64,000 bases of DNA, taken from positions 43,914 to 107,913 of the forward strand of contig CAZEQZ010000001.1 of NCBI GenBank assembly GCA_964514595.1. The letters are read 5' to 3'. The position numbers and the translations under genes are program-made. Below, piece by piece: positions 34,801 through 41,673 of the stretch (its first letter is position 1; every line of letters begins with the position of its first letter). The stretch comes from an uncultured Candidatus Saccharibacteria bacterium (GTDB taxonomy: Bacteria; Patescibacteriota; Dojkabacteria; SC72). The notes under the pieces were generated by a model. The model made no database searches and was not told the DNA's origin. It saw only the letters and a list, made by a program, of their open reading frames with translations.

Positions 34801-35240
34801 CTGATGGTAGTAATAATACCGGGACAATGATCGCAGATAGTGATGCCTCATACAATTCTATGAACTACTATCAATGGAATAGTTCCGAATCTACACTACA
34901 AGATTACGATATCAGGCTAAGATTTATGCTTCCCTCTAACTTCAGTGGTTGGGGAAGTGGTGGAGTTACATTCAATTTTGTAACAGAAGCTACTGCAACA
35001 TCTAGTAATGAATTAGATTTCTATATATTTGAGGAAAGCTCTGGAAGCGTAGATGGAAGTTCGGAGAACCAAGTTTCCTCCTCTGCAGGGATATGGACCT
35101 CAACAACAATCTTAGGCTCATCCCTCACAGAGTGTGTCTCAGCAGGAGATGTATGTATGTTCGTTATTAAAATGTCTTCTAGAAATGATAATTATGTAAG
35201 GGTAGGTGATATAGAGATAGTATATGACAGGAAACTATAA
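22887..35240 (+). CDS. giant (4117 aa) secreted/surface modular protein: four beta-helix-like modules with Gly/Cys-rich tracts and two CBM-like beta-sandwich domains
   Basis: N-terminal hydrophobic signal/anchor. Four copies of an approximately 450-aa module (GDEVLIINLQGTYSAM.NVGNYETL...NTQRVM.QRVP.Y...FYPS.WNG.KGGV.FFRA.G ... GGGI..I......V.G..S..G ... GG.GG.GRIAIYY). Two copies of an approximately 280-aa domain ending (I/F)Y(L/I)DNV. Uninterrupted ORF. Confidence 0.85.
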   Translation: MQEKYCLKLVKNIFIFLGILLPTFFLFFIEKSYALSTNTINLQGKIVRNDTGYEGLNVTTGNPSCVVAGSSNDTCDFRVRYYSAASGGTLFLTEVFSNKEIGQYNGAFNLSLGSDPSPTAGSYSSLDALVAAENTVYIEIGFDPAGGNSYTETFTRMSLQATAFAMRSKYASHANTAFQFDTAANSSGYASPSAGMVYWDTTDSTLKVYDGASWVDIGSGGTGSSLWTQGTGFAYLTTLTDSLVLGADSYTAIGSDTYSTYVAGLGARPPFSFDMGAERASISGDTAKSGLTVYSNYTSTGAWPLVLFKTESSNFDNLVLEIVQDGTGHLMSLKKGSTEVFAFENPMTFFIRPRDDAPTIYENRLYNVGGTLYWNGTALGGGSSSLWTDDGTYTYLTDTTDDVIIGGDSALNAQFYFDVANGRLGIGTGTPTSRLDIAGASSIISNSSGDITISPDETVVIKAQNTDPNNLMEWQNSSGTVLSLINQSGYASLGKSTGSTTAMLSLGANTASVAQLNLAASSAIDVSSPNTGDLWYNGTNLYFYDGTDHIDLLVGNSDGVGLFSEHGSVASGSYLNVEHNDDTYNILADGWICVGGSENESCTGGNWKNIKEESISIRHALKEDWEDAGSTGIIRTDVRDTSVSLSPAFNPGTGADGDVTVQYNTNINTTSLSAGRSCADGGDAVNYNITAFPSSTTATLSATPSTGCLAVGDEVLIINLQGTYTAMDNVGNYETLEIANVSGTTITFKTAKKNYYGDGLADDTNLGTSTSTQRVMLQRVPNYRNLTVNSGVNFYPSTWNGVKGGVIFFRASVSANINGTIDVSGIGYRGGSAGGNLQGSSGGEAFCGPGGAGATTTTNGTSGAGGGGGYNGYLGGNGYCGGGGGASNGSTLGLGSANRGGSGGGSEYAAAGSGGGYGTAGSGGANYTAGSNAPSGGTNASGDGTLSTSVTYSGGGGGGTYGEANLSKLFFGSAGSGGTVGTAGVSGSGGIGGGIIAVYSKSVVVSGMVSSRGTGGASATVANAAGAGAGAGGSILLSGESVNTGTSFVGASGGAGGTSTGWVGVNGGAGGDGRIAIYYSDSYSGTTANPSVTNYYQSGYNSYGIYNSPVIATPNAQTYDNIRWSQDLDTYGNISIQTRSGNSTNPLDASWEEWRPFVVNQNYIMLESADTHTNWSGTNATVSEGDVTRNVDYFEDEDETTATNVTKVVSSTNGGYVEAAVSNEDLSNYDYITAWVRASQIGNTLRLGFGESAGTEQYEDITVDASDTWQKIYWDISDIATGDRDDVTVLRLTNKTGSSNTIYLDNVRAEKLITDNDGSDISSTPNNYMQYRVVFSTTNLAYQPILRNITISYNSGYRIVIHDNNNVRVYNYSGSTKYLKLDVATSGGGGGGSGTGFVAGVATSTIADGEDAVAFTFNTPTSYTDPSSKLLSVMNNSVEKMYLDSNGNLYVAGSVIAGNGFGSGLINNTGGAVTERTLVTIDPSTNDSFITTNIENQMGAFGVVTGVSVSGDINKNGVCDDGDTCMVVFEGITNVNTYDATTASVGDYIYSYSEYGYAKASSEQENGLIGMVMSTENAASGYLKIVFFTQNKSAADFYLNVGFDKNAYRDMYTLLAKDYEALSLAERRGLIESNQSESIMFDTFVDGLKIDSENSDVGLDIYNQKMGLWGGLSLTDSTTDMASNRYFGTTGATLIDAAYYYDRSQTGEVGQDSTIGDLITDGIDPYWYKGVSYISGTTALSAKYNGLLFNVTGAYGTSSEHGSIEIEVASQTVSGITANISSSDGTCTATGATLTFGNEYSFTSGSCSGSSIKITPQRTDYAVGDKFKIASWYLEPTTANDRGSRRDFPERSIIIPTATAGDIYITIVDYDTQRVWMKFNSDTDAIATGNILIDNADKDINKIFMINGDMYVDFTTVSSNVDAIVVGFARDDAWAVNGATWYKYDTNIGLRNNGDGYTTTTNPYTFSDGDGSGVSFVGLDYEVFGSSTIKGIDSNAEDTTGIYYSNPVTFQYNSNKAYLWMNAYIDPDDTSGDISVSVSNDGGSTYVAGSLIRATGSTVKEYEYSFNLADSDNEYIVKIELERGSSKKSTVYVNSWGLAQMDISGVGGGGLFTNTENAVPHKGYVEVLHGQNTNNILATGWVYNTNLARWIKTSESSISVSHVKDSDWLKDPDMIPATPIWVDPITGEPGELDAGTGADGDITVSTNSDINVNKLITSRNAACPDAPNYNITTFSVDGTEATITPAADTANSCLSPGDEVLIINLQGTYSAMVNVGNYETLTIDSIDVTGTTITFTEAKSNYYGGNINDDSNLGTATNTQRVMMQRVPQYDDVTVNAGINFYPSAWNGIKGGVMFFRATGEVNINGTIHADGKGYLGATQHGGYSYAGGGGGEAFCGEGGDGSTTNGTDGAAGGGGGASGGLGGDGYCGGGGGGRVIEDPGRGSVGQGGAGGGGGRYSGGGGGGYGTPGSGGHRSFDNYGEDGGANTSGDGGVSTGTGAGGGGGGSYGIESLSKLMLGSGGGRGGNQTSPMLGGAGGNGGGIVNIAGGTIRVNGALSSNGVNGANGASGTSYYTGGGGGGAGGSVRVEGGVVNIGSSLLAANGGDGGIGRISNVATQNGGAGGDGRIAIYFATSYVGISGTPTVTNFYTVGEEVVQNPSSGSDGDLTLSTAGTVNINRTSPMGVRSCSDGGDAVNYNIVAFNVAGNEATLSVSPSSGCLDSGDEVLIINLQGSYSAMNNVGNWEILTIDEVVGTTVTFTTTKTKYYGNNLDDDTNLGTATNTQRVMLQRVPQYEDVTIGVGVTLEPDAWNGVKGGVMFFKASGSVSINGNISASSKGFLGGVTEGGYNHGGGQGGDSLCGPGGSPGRVVSGGDGAGGGGGYTAGTGDGYCGGGGGGEPTGGIGSVTSGGAGGGGGRRAGGGAGGYGTAGTSGTYNALTYGATDGGTNSSGDGGAVATGIGPGGGGGTYGDEQLTKLFLGSGGGRGGNNASPQLGGAGGNGGGIVYIVADSVTVSGTLASNGATGGNGASGTSYYTGAGGGGSGGAVRVEGRTVNIGSSALTVTGGSSGVGRFNNTAVNNGGTGGSGRVAVYYTDTYSGTSGTPAVTNFYELDPSTVGDEDVEAPTGIIRAMIGLTEISLESGIDVGDGRDGNVTVAYNTNINRTSLIAGRSCADGGDAVNYNVLAFNSAGTEATLARAPSLGCLNAGDEVLVINLAGTSSAFFNVGNYETFRVQSITGTTVRFTTAKTKYYGNNPNDDSNLGVANNTQRVMLQRVPNYQNLTVNNGVTFYPDEWSAEAKENSVYREGKGGVMFFRATGSVNINGTISASGKGYRGGGRTVQGIYEGFKGESYTGGYNLYTSWSPNGGGGGGGGDYSVSSNTEAGGAGGSYGTKGQDGGAGGTFGDQTKGIAGDIYAVGEDLSDRIYFGSGGGAGSNDNDTANGPYGGAGGDGGGIIGVFSGSIVVSGSVANNGDNGEAGYRGSASDNETGGGGGGAGGSIYLAGAGVSVGSSLVTVNNGIGGLAGETAAAEAGGVGGLGRIAIHYSETYSGTSGNPTVTNFYEGSSYSYGMYHSNEIVTKGAGSFSDLRWDYNNNGYGRISVQTRTGATADSTDGSWEEWRSTSPTYEAQSLNDAENASSWVGTNVVVSDGDVTRDVDFFEDEDEFTTGSITKMISSTNGGYAESTISSTDLSGYEYITFWVKASVLGQKLSFSMGESSGDEHTEDIVIDSLEWQKVYWDLADIPAENRDAITKLRITNLSSVINTFYIDNVSAEGRGTSSIDRINSTPNDYLQYRVIFTTTDSRYRPELQSISFTYNIGYEIVQIDTNRVRLYNYSGYTQKLRLDIATGGLMIDLRSSLGSSTVNLAPTIAQQDWDDYTNSLWVNKTGTEGNFMRFQQYGVDKFVLSADGTMEMRGGTITLGDTGLKGSIRFNTGTNKLEFSNDGSTWIPVADSLSAVTLAAEYSGAVLSADGSNNTGTMIADSDASYNSMNYYQWNSSESTLQDYDIRLRFMLPSNFSGWGSGGVTFNFVTEATATSSNELDFYIFEESSGSVDGSSENQVSSSAGIWTSTTILGSSLTECVSAGDVCMFVIKMSSRNDNYVRVGDIEIVYDRKL
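24790..26175 (+). repeat. beta-helix/Gly-rich module copy 1 (coding repeat)
   Basis: Amino-acid-level repeat, about 60-70% identity in core blocks to the copies at 29462, 30860, 32310 and 48805. Confidence 0.6.
29462..30830 (+). repeat. beta-helix/Gly-rich module copy 2
   Basis: As above. Confidence 0.6.
30860..32220 (+). repeat. beta-helix/Gly-rich module copy 3
   Basis: As above. Confidence 0.6.
32310..33575 (+). repeat. beta-helix/Gly-rich module copy 4
   Basis: As above. Confidence 0.6.
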
Positions 35241-35271
35241 GGCATAAAATATTTAGAAGAGCTCTCTACAC

Positions 35272-38200
35272 ATGAGAAAATTTGATGTATTAAAACTTAA
35301 AAAAATATCTAAGCGAGGAAGATTAAGAGTATTAATACTTCTTCTCATTGGTATTTTGGTATCAGTATCTGCTCTGTGGTTTTCTTCCCTATCTAAGACC
35401 AAGCCAAATGATGATATATTTTTCCTAGATACCAATAGTGGGGCAATACTTGGTAACAAAAATCCAACATTTAATGTAAGCTTTGGAAAGAGGGATGAAC
35501 CTGAAAAGCAGTGGGTTAGATTTGAAGCCCAAGTTAGTTCACAAAATCCGTTCGAAGGGAAAAATGAGAATCTTTTCACAAAATTAGCAGACTTGTTCAA
35601 ACGGGAGAAAGAGTACGGCATAGAAATGAGTTTGAATGGTGTTGTACTTAGTGAAACAGAGAAACTAGATTTGGATGGAAAAGAAGAGGTAATTAAAACT
35701 GTTGCAGACATTCTTGGAACAGATGATGTTAGAACGTCTACGGAGTTGATAGAAAGTGGTAGGGTAATAGGGGAGTATAGTGAGGAAGCAGTATCAAAAA
35801 AGAGTGTATTAAACAAAAATGTTGCGGATGGGGTTGATATTGAGTATCAGATATTGGAAGGTTTGGGCTTAAAGGAAGAAATAGTGATACGAAATCTAGA
35901 TGAATATACAAAAGGTTGTGGAGAGGATTTAATGGGGTGTAAGTTGCCTCTTAATGAGTTTAATTTTGATCTCAAACTGGATGAGGGTTTAGAATTACGG
36001 AAAGGTTGGTTAACTTTGAAGGGTGGGAGTACACAGACATACTATTTCACTGATAAGGACGGTAATTATGTAGCGCATTTTCTTCCCAACTGGGCGATAG
36101 ATAGTGCTGGAGAGAAGACATATGATGTTCCTATGCAAGTAGAAGATGCAGGTGGCGGTAACTACAGGATTAAGGTTATAGTTGATATAGAGTGGTTATT
36201 TAGTCCTGGAAGAGTATATCCAATAAGGATAGATCCAAGCATAGTTCATGATACTAAGAATCAATTCGATCAGGGAATCTTTGATAGAACTAATAGTTCT
36301 GATGATCCTGCAATTACTATTACTAACGCAAACAATTTCTTGCATGAAATATATGCATTCACATCAGATGGGACATTTTCTCCACCTCTAGGAGTTACTG
36401 AAGTAAAAGTATTAGTTGTTGGGGGAGGAGGAGGTGGTGGATCATCAGGGGGTAGTGCAGCAGGAGCAGGTGGTGGTGGTGCAGGCGGTTTAGTATGGGA
36501 AGATTCATATGTATTTTCATCTTTAGAAATAGAAGAAGGAGTACCAATAACCGTGGGTAGTGGAGGAAGTGGAGGGGCTAGTGGTGATAGCAATGGACAG
36601 AATGGTGGAGATAGTACATTTGGTACATTAACAGCCATTGGAGGAGGTGGTGGTGGACACAGAACTTCGAATGGTGGTGATGGAGGTTCTGGTGGTGGTG
36701 TAGGTGGTGCTACAGTAACACCTGGGTCTGGAACTGTTGGACAGGGGCACGATGGAGGAAATGGCACTACCAGTGGAGATGGTTCTGCAGGGGGTGGTGG
36801 TGGTGCCGGAGAAGCTGGGTATGATTTTATTAGTGGAAGCTTTGGAGGAGCTGGTGGAGTTGGTATTTATTTAGGGAATATGTTAGGTGATAGTTTAGGA
36901 GATGATGGTTGGTTTGCAGGAGGAGGAGGTGGCGGTGCTACCGTGCATGCTGGTGGTACAGGAGGAAAAGGTGGTGGTGGTACTGGTGGTGTTTCGACCT
37001 CTAATGCCCAAGATGGTGTGGCAGGTACAGGTGGAGGTGGAGGTGGAGGTGGAAGAAGTGGATCCTCTGGTGGTTCTGGTGGCTCTGGTATAGTTATCAT
37101 TGCTATACCCAAAAAACACTCATATGGTCAATATATATCACCCGTTATAGATTTTGAAGACTCATACTACGTCGAACATATGTCTTTAGATATATCTGGT
37201 GTTCATACAGGTGGTGGGGAAAATATGTATAGTACAGTGGGTTTGGAGGCTCAATGGAATTTCAATGAAATATGGGGTGATGTTGCAGAAAATAATGATG
37301 GAACTTGCGGAAGCTCTTGTAATGCTAATCTTGTTAATTTCTCAAATACATTAGCACAGGATATACTGCCTATGAGTGGTTGGACATATATTAATAGGAA
37401 ATGGGGGAATGGTTCCATAATGATTGATGGAGTAGATGATTATATTAATTTAACCACACCAATATTCACTGCGGAAAATGGCTCTTTCTCTTTCTGGTTT
37501 AGAAAGGATATAGCTCCATCCTTTTTAGAGTGCTTCTTTGGTTATTTCGAGACATCAGTAGCAGACTCTTGTGTCGGTATAAACGATGAAGGGAAGATAG
37601 TTATTGAAGATCTAGCTTTTGCGAGCAATATTTCCTCCGAACAATCATATGCCGATGGAGAGTGGCATCATGTTGTTGTTAATGGTAACTATACAGGAGA
37701 TACTTTAGAGCTTTGGGTCGATGGGATTTTGATATCTACGTCTAAATGGGAACAGCCTGCCTATATGACTACTCAATTGCTTGGTGCTAGATATAATGAA
37801 AGTACTGGGACCCCGGAAAATCTCTTTAGAGGGATGATAGATACGGTTGTAAAGTACAATCGTCCTTTATTAGCTTCGGAAATACTTTCTAATTACCAAT
37901 CGGGCAATGTTGAGTTCAGATACAGAACTAGTAACGATGGTTCGACATGGGGCGTTTGGGAGGGTGGTGAGGAGGCAGATGTAGATATAACCCAGGATTA
38001 TACAAAATGGTCTGACTCAGTATCCGATACTCGTATACTGCAACTGAGTAATGATTCGAACATAAAGGTTGGGGTAAATGATAGTCTAAGAGTTGATTCA
38101 GATTATACTAAAGTTGATACAGTCAACGGCTTGGTCGGACTTTGGCATTTAGATGAAGAGTCCGGTTCTGGTGCGTATCTCCTAGATTATAGTGATAACG

Positions 38201-40182
38201 ATAATCATGGGACTCCAAATGGCACTACATATGTAGAGGGCAAAATAGGGGGAGCTAGGGATTTCGATGGGTCAAGTGATTATATTAGTACAGATTTCAG
38301 TAGTGAGGCAAGCTCTCTTTTCGCAGACTCAAGTGGATCTTGGACTGTAGAAGCATGGTTTAAACATAAAGGGGGGATGAGCTCTGATGGTGTTATAGTT
38401 GGGAGGGGAGGGGGAACTGGGACTTCAGCTACATTTGGAATATTTGTAAATAGTAGTGGGGCACTTCGTACTGTTCTAAGAGGTTCCTATACCACCTTGA
38501 TGAGCAATGTTGCTAATGATCAATGGTGCCATGTTGTAGTAACTTGGACGGGCGGTGAAGCTAGAGGTTATGTAAATGGAGAGGATGTTGGAACTCTTTC
38601 TGTTGGATCTGCTTCCCTACAATCAAATAATCTCGTTATAGGGGCTACCAACAATGGCTCAAGCGCGCGCTATAGAGGTCAGATAGATGAGGTTAGAGTA
38701 TACGAGACTGCTAGAAGTGGGAAAGAAGTAGCAGAGTCATACAGGATGGGTAAAAATCATTATGTATACAGTACACTAGAAACGGGTATGGATCTGTCAG
38801 AAAGCACAAAGATACCGTTTTGGATAGCATCTGACAAATTGGGCAGTAACATAGATTTGATTGTGGGGAATTCTCCAAGCTCTAACTATTTGACAGATTC
38901 TAATGTAGTTGGATTATGGAAGATGGATGAGATGTCAGGTTCTGGTGCATACATTAATGATAGTAGCGGAAATGATAATCATGCTACTCCATCGGGAACA
39001 ACTTACACAGAAGGAAGGGTTGGAGGTGCAAGGTATTTTAATGGAACAAGTGATTACATGCTAACTAGTGATTTTGGTTTTGATTACGACAACATTACGA
39101 TAGAGGCTTGGGTTAAACCGGAAGATTTAAGTGGAAGAAGAACTCTCTTAGATCTTGGGGCTGAAACCACTTTGGTTCCTCAGTTAGAGGTGGGAACATG
39201 TGATGGTGGATCTAACGCAATCTGTGTTGTCACGCCTGGTGTATGGCAGGCTCAAACAGTCGACAATGTTATCTCAGAAGGAGAGTGGGTACATATTGCC
39301 TATACTAAGGAAGGAACAGGAGCTACACATAAAATATATGTTAACGGAGTAGAGCAACCTCTTGTAACGAATAATAGTGAGACCTATAGCTCTACGTCGG
39401 TAGGAAAGAATATTGGAAGACGTGGTGATAATACGCAGTTTTTTAATGGGAACATAGATGAGCTTCGCATCTCTGATATAGTACGCACAGGTGAGGTAAT
39501 TAGGGAAGCATATGAAATTACAAAGAGAAAGTATTCTATAAAGATTGACTTCAAAGCGGACCTTCAGTTATCTAACTTGATTTCAGACTCAAATGATCTA
39601 TCCTTTACAATTAGTGAGACCTCATATGGCACAACAAAGGAGATAGAGAACTTAAGTCTCTCGGATAGGATAATTATAAAAGAATATGCCGATTCTGCAG
39701 AGTATATTGCACAAGGCGTCGTAGACAGCATAAACGAAGACACCGGAGCAGTGACAGTAGAGCAGTGGGAATTAGGTAGTACATTTCCTTCTGGTGGATA
39801 TTCAGAGGACGCAGTTGTATTTAAATGGCAGGAAGAAATATTTGATATTAGGGATATTCTAGACACCCAAAGAGATGATATATCTACGTTTATGCTTGTA
39901 CTAAATAATCAAGTAGGGGCAAACTACTGGATAGATGGTATAAGGAGTGCCAAATATCTTGCACCTCTAGATTTAAGTCAAGGTTTAGGAGATCCAACGC
40001 AGTATTTCCAGTATAAGATTATGTTCTCAACCTATGATGAGTACATAACCCCCACTCTAAACAAGGTCCAGATAGACTATACCTCTGAAATACTTGTGGA
40101 GCCACCACTGAGAAGAATAATGAGACATGGTAAATGGTTCTATACGGGAGAGGAGCAGCCCTTCTGGTGGGCACAGGAGTAG
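35272..40182 (+). CDS. giant (1636 aa) surface protein: N-terminal TM, Gly-rich tract, three concanavalin-A-like/LamG (Laminin_G_3-type) lectin domains, C-terminal CBM-like tail
   Basis: Three repeats, each with (W.LDE.SGSGAY..D.S.NDNHGTP.GTTY.EG..GGAR.F.G.SDY...), W..EAW.K and W.H...T core blocks; the third ends G.IDE.R.Y/IS. Tail shares Y.QY.I.F.T motif with the upstream giant gene. 32-nt spacing suggests co-transcription. Confidence 0.85.
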   Translation: MRKFDVLKLKKISKRGRLRVLILLLIGILVSVSALWFSSLSKTKPNDDIFFLDTNSGAILGNKNPTFNVSFGKRDEPEKQWVRFEAQVSSQNPFEGKNENLFTKLADLFKREKEYGIEMSLNGVVLSETEKLDLDGKEEVIKTVADILGTDDVRTSTELIESGRVIGEYSEEAVSKKSVLNKNVADGVDIEYQILEGLGLKEEIVIRNLDEYTKGCGEDLMGCKLPLNEFNFDLKLDEGLELRKGWLTLKGGSTQTYYFTDKDGNYVAHFLPNWAIDSAGEKTYDVPMQVEDAGGGNYRIKVIVDIEWLFSPGRVYPIRIDPSIVHDTKNQFDQGIFDRTNSSDDPAITITNANNFLHEIYAFTSDGTFSPPLGVTEVKVLVVGGGGGGGSSGGSAAGAGGGGAGGLVWEDSYVFSSLEIEEGVPITVGSGGSGGASGDSNGQNGGDSTFGTLTAIGGGGGGHRTSNGGDGGSGGGVGGATVTPGSGTVGQGHDGGNGTTSGDGSAGGGGGAGEAGYDFISGSFGGAGGVGIYLGNMLGDSLGDDGWFAGGGGGGATVHAGGTGGKGGGGTGGVSTSNAQDGVAGTGGGGGGGGRSGSSGGSGGSGIVIIAIPKKHSYGQYISPVIDFEDSYYVEHMSLDISGVHTGGGENMYSTVGLEAQWNFNEIWGDVAENNDGTCGSSCNANLVNFSNTLAQDILPMSGWTYINRKWGNGSIMIDGVDDYINLTTPIFTAENGSFSFWFRKDIAPSFLECFFGYFETSVADSCVGINDEGKIVIEDLAFASNISSEQSYADGEWHHVVVNGNYTGDTLELWVDGILISTSKWEQPAYMTTQLLGARYNESTGTPENLFRGMIDTVVKYNRPLLASEILSNYQSGNVEFRYRTSNDGSTWGVWEGGEEADVDITQDYTKWSDSVSDTRILQLSNDSNIKVGVNDSLRVDSDYTKVDTVNGLVGLWHLDEESGSGAYLLDYSDNDNHGTPNGTTYVEGKIGGARDFDGSSDYISTDFSSEASSLFADSSGSWTVEAWFKHKGGMSSDGVIVGRGGGTGTSATFGIFVNSSGALRTVLRGSYTTLMSNVANDQWCHVVVTWTGGEARGYVNGEDVGTLSVGSASLQSNNLVIGATNNGSSARYRGQIDEVRVYETARSGKEVAESYRMGKNHYVYSTLETGMDLSESTKIPFWIASDKLGSNIDLIVGNSPSSNYLTDSNVVGLWKMDEMSGSGAYINDSSGNDNHATPSGTTYTEGRVGGARYFNGTSDYMLTSDFGFDYDNITIEAWVKPEDLSGRRTLLDLGAETTLVPQLEVGTCDGGSNAICVVTPGVWQAQTVDNVISEGEWVHIAYTKEGTGATHKIYVNGVEQPLVTNNSETYSSTSVGKNIGRRGDNTQFFNGNIDELRISDIVRTGEVIREAYEITKRKYSIKIDFKADLQLSNLISDSNDLSFTISETSYGTTKEIENLSLSDRIIIKEYADSAEYIAQGVVDSINEDTGAVTVEQWELGSTFPSGGYSEDAVVFKWQEEIFDIRDILDTQRDDISTFMLVLNNQVGANYWIDGIRSAKYLAPLDLSQGLGDPTQYFQYKIMFSTYDEYITPTLNKVQIDYTSEILVEPPLRRIMRHGKWFYTGEEQPFWWAQE

Positions 40183-40220
40183 AATATATACTAATAGAAA
40201 TAAATCTAGTAGAATATACT

Positions 40221-40886
40221 ATGAGTGTTGCATCGGATGCCATAAAAGATAATAAAAAAGTATTACTACTAGCACTCGGGCTTCTAGTAGTCTCTGTATT
40301 TGGTTTAATTTTAACTAGAGAAGGCATGATAATTCAACCAGACAATTTAGTACAACCTCCGTCCTCTCCTAATACATATTCTCAACCAAACAATGTACTA
40401 GAGGAGGGTGTAGACTATAAGGCAGTGATCAAAACATCTGTGGGAGACATAGAGGTAGATCTGTTTGAGGGCGAAACTCCACAAACCGTGAATAGCTTTG
40501 TATTTCTTGCAGGGGAAAGATTCTTTGATCGATTAATATTTCATAGAGTAATAGAGGGATTTGTTATACAGGGAGGAGATCCTAAAGGAGATGGAACAGG
40601 AGGCCCGGGATATCAGATACCGGATGAAATTACAGAGAGAAAATATATGCCATATACTCTAGGGATGGCAAATGCAGGTCCAAATACCAATGGCTCTCAG
40701 TTTTTCATTACATCAGGCAATATCCTAGAGGATAACCTGAAAGCCTTAGATGGAGGATACACAATATTTGGAAAAGTAACGAAGGGATTTGCTGTAGTGG
40801 ATTCTATTGAAAGAGTAGAAACAGATCGAAATGACAAGCCGATAAATCCTGTAGTCATAGAGGCGGTCCAAATAATTGAGAATTAA
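40221..40886 (+). CDS. membrane-anchored cyclophilin-type peptidyl-prolyl cis-trans isomerase
   Basis: HRVIEGFVIQGGDP...GMANAGPNTNGSQFFIT...GYTIFGKV cyclophilin signatures. N-terminal TM helix. ATG at 40221 preferred over the longer ORF start at 40134, which overlaps the upstream gene. Confidence 0.85.
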   Translation: MSVASDAIKDNKKVLLLALGLLVVSVFGLILTREGMIIQPDNLVQPPSSPNTYSQPNNVLEEGVDYKAVIKTSVGDIEVDLFEGETPQTVNSFVFLAGERFFDRLIFHRVIEGFVIQGGDPKGDGTGGPGYQIPDEITERKYMPYTLGMANAGPNTNGSQFFITSGNILEDNLKALDGGYTIFGKVTKGFAVVDSIERVETDRNDKPINPVVIEAVQIIEN

Positions 40887-40921
40887 TCTATAGTTAATAT
40901 CTGTCCTGTATATTCTTCTAT

Positions 40922-41671
40922 ATGAAGAATATACAGAAGAAAACCGTCTACTATTTCCTTATGGTATCCCTAATATCTTTCCTCTTTGGGGTATTTTTTG
41001 ATCATTACATACTACAAAAGAGCTTTGATCTAGAACAGAAACCGCAGGAAGAGCTAGAGATACTTCTTCAGGAAGAAGAAGAAGGGAAGAAGAAAGACAA
41101 ACTCATTAGTAAAGAGGAGGGCTGTAGTATATATGTAGATGTAAGTGGATCGTTAAGGAATCCAGGTGTGTACTGCTTAGAAAGCAATGCCCTGATAATA
41201 GATGCTGTGAACAAAGCGGGAGGATTTAGTAAAGATGCCGCAACCAAATTTATATCAAGGAAGATAAATCTTGCACAACCATTAATAGATAATCAGAAAC
41301 TATACTTTCCATTTGAAAACGAACTAATATGCCAATTAGAGCCTCTAGTAGAGGAGAGTAAGAAGATTGAGAATATGTTCGTCACTCCTGTAACCACACT
41401 TCCCACAACAGAGCCATATTCAGATACTGATCAAAATACAACCCCTTCATCTTCAAATAGTGGTACAGATAGTACAAATGAGAATAACACACAATGTGTG
41501 AACATAAATACAGCTACTAAGGAACAGCTAGTAACTCTAAATGGGGTGGGAGAAGTTACCGCAGAAAAAATTATTCAAGGAAGACCGTATAGTAAAGTAG
41601 AAGATTTGTTGAATGTGAGTGGTATAGGAGAGGCGACACTAAACAAATTCAAAGACCAAGTCTGTATTTAG
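40922..41671 (+). CDS. comEA: competence protein ComEA (SLBB + tandem helix-hairpin-helix DNA-binding)
   Basis: SIYVDVSGSLRNPGVY (SLBB). C-terminal VNINTATKEQLVTLNGVGEVTAEKII...VSGIGEATLNKF HhH pair. Confidence 0.8.
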   Translation: MKNIQKKTVYYFLMVSLISFLFGVFFDHYILQKSFDLEQKPQEELEILLQEEEEGKKKDKLISKEEGCSIYVDVSGSLRNPGVYCLESNALIIDAVNKAGGFSKDAATKFISRKINLAQPLIDNQKLYFPFENELICQLEPLVEESKKIENMFVTPVTTLPTTEPYSDTDQNTTPSSSNSGTDSTNENNTQCVNINTATKEQLVTLNGVGEVTAEKIIQGRPYSKVEDLLNVSGIGEATLNKFKDQVCI

Positions 41672-41673
41672 AC

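Noticed and set aside
25381-37119. Antisense or alternative-frame ORFs inside the giant genes (25381..25563+, 25573..25785+, 30016..30432+, 33101..33385- Pro-rich, 36270..36767- Pro-rich, 36867..37119-)
   Set aside because: The sense strand is dominated by GGN glycine codons, so the complement reads CCN (poly-Pro) and frame-shifted reads give V/E/M runs. This is low-complexity mirror translation of a real CDS.
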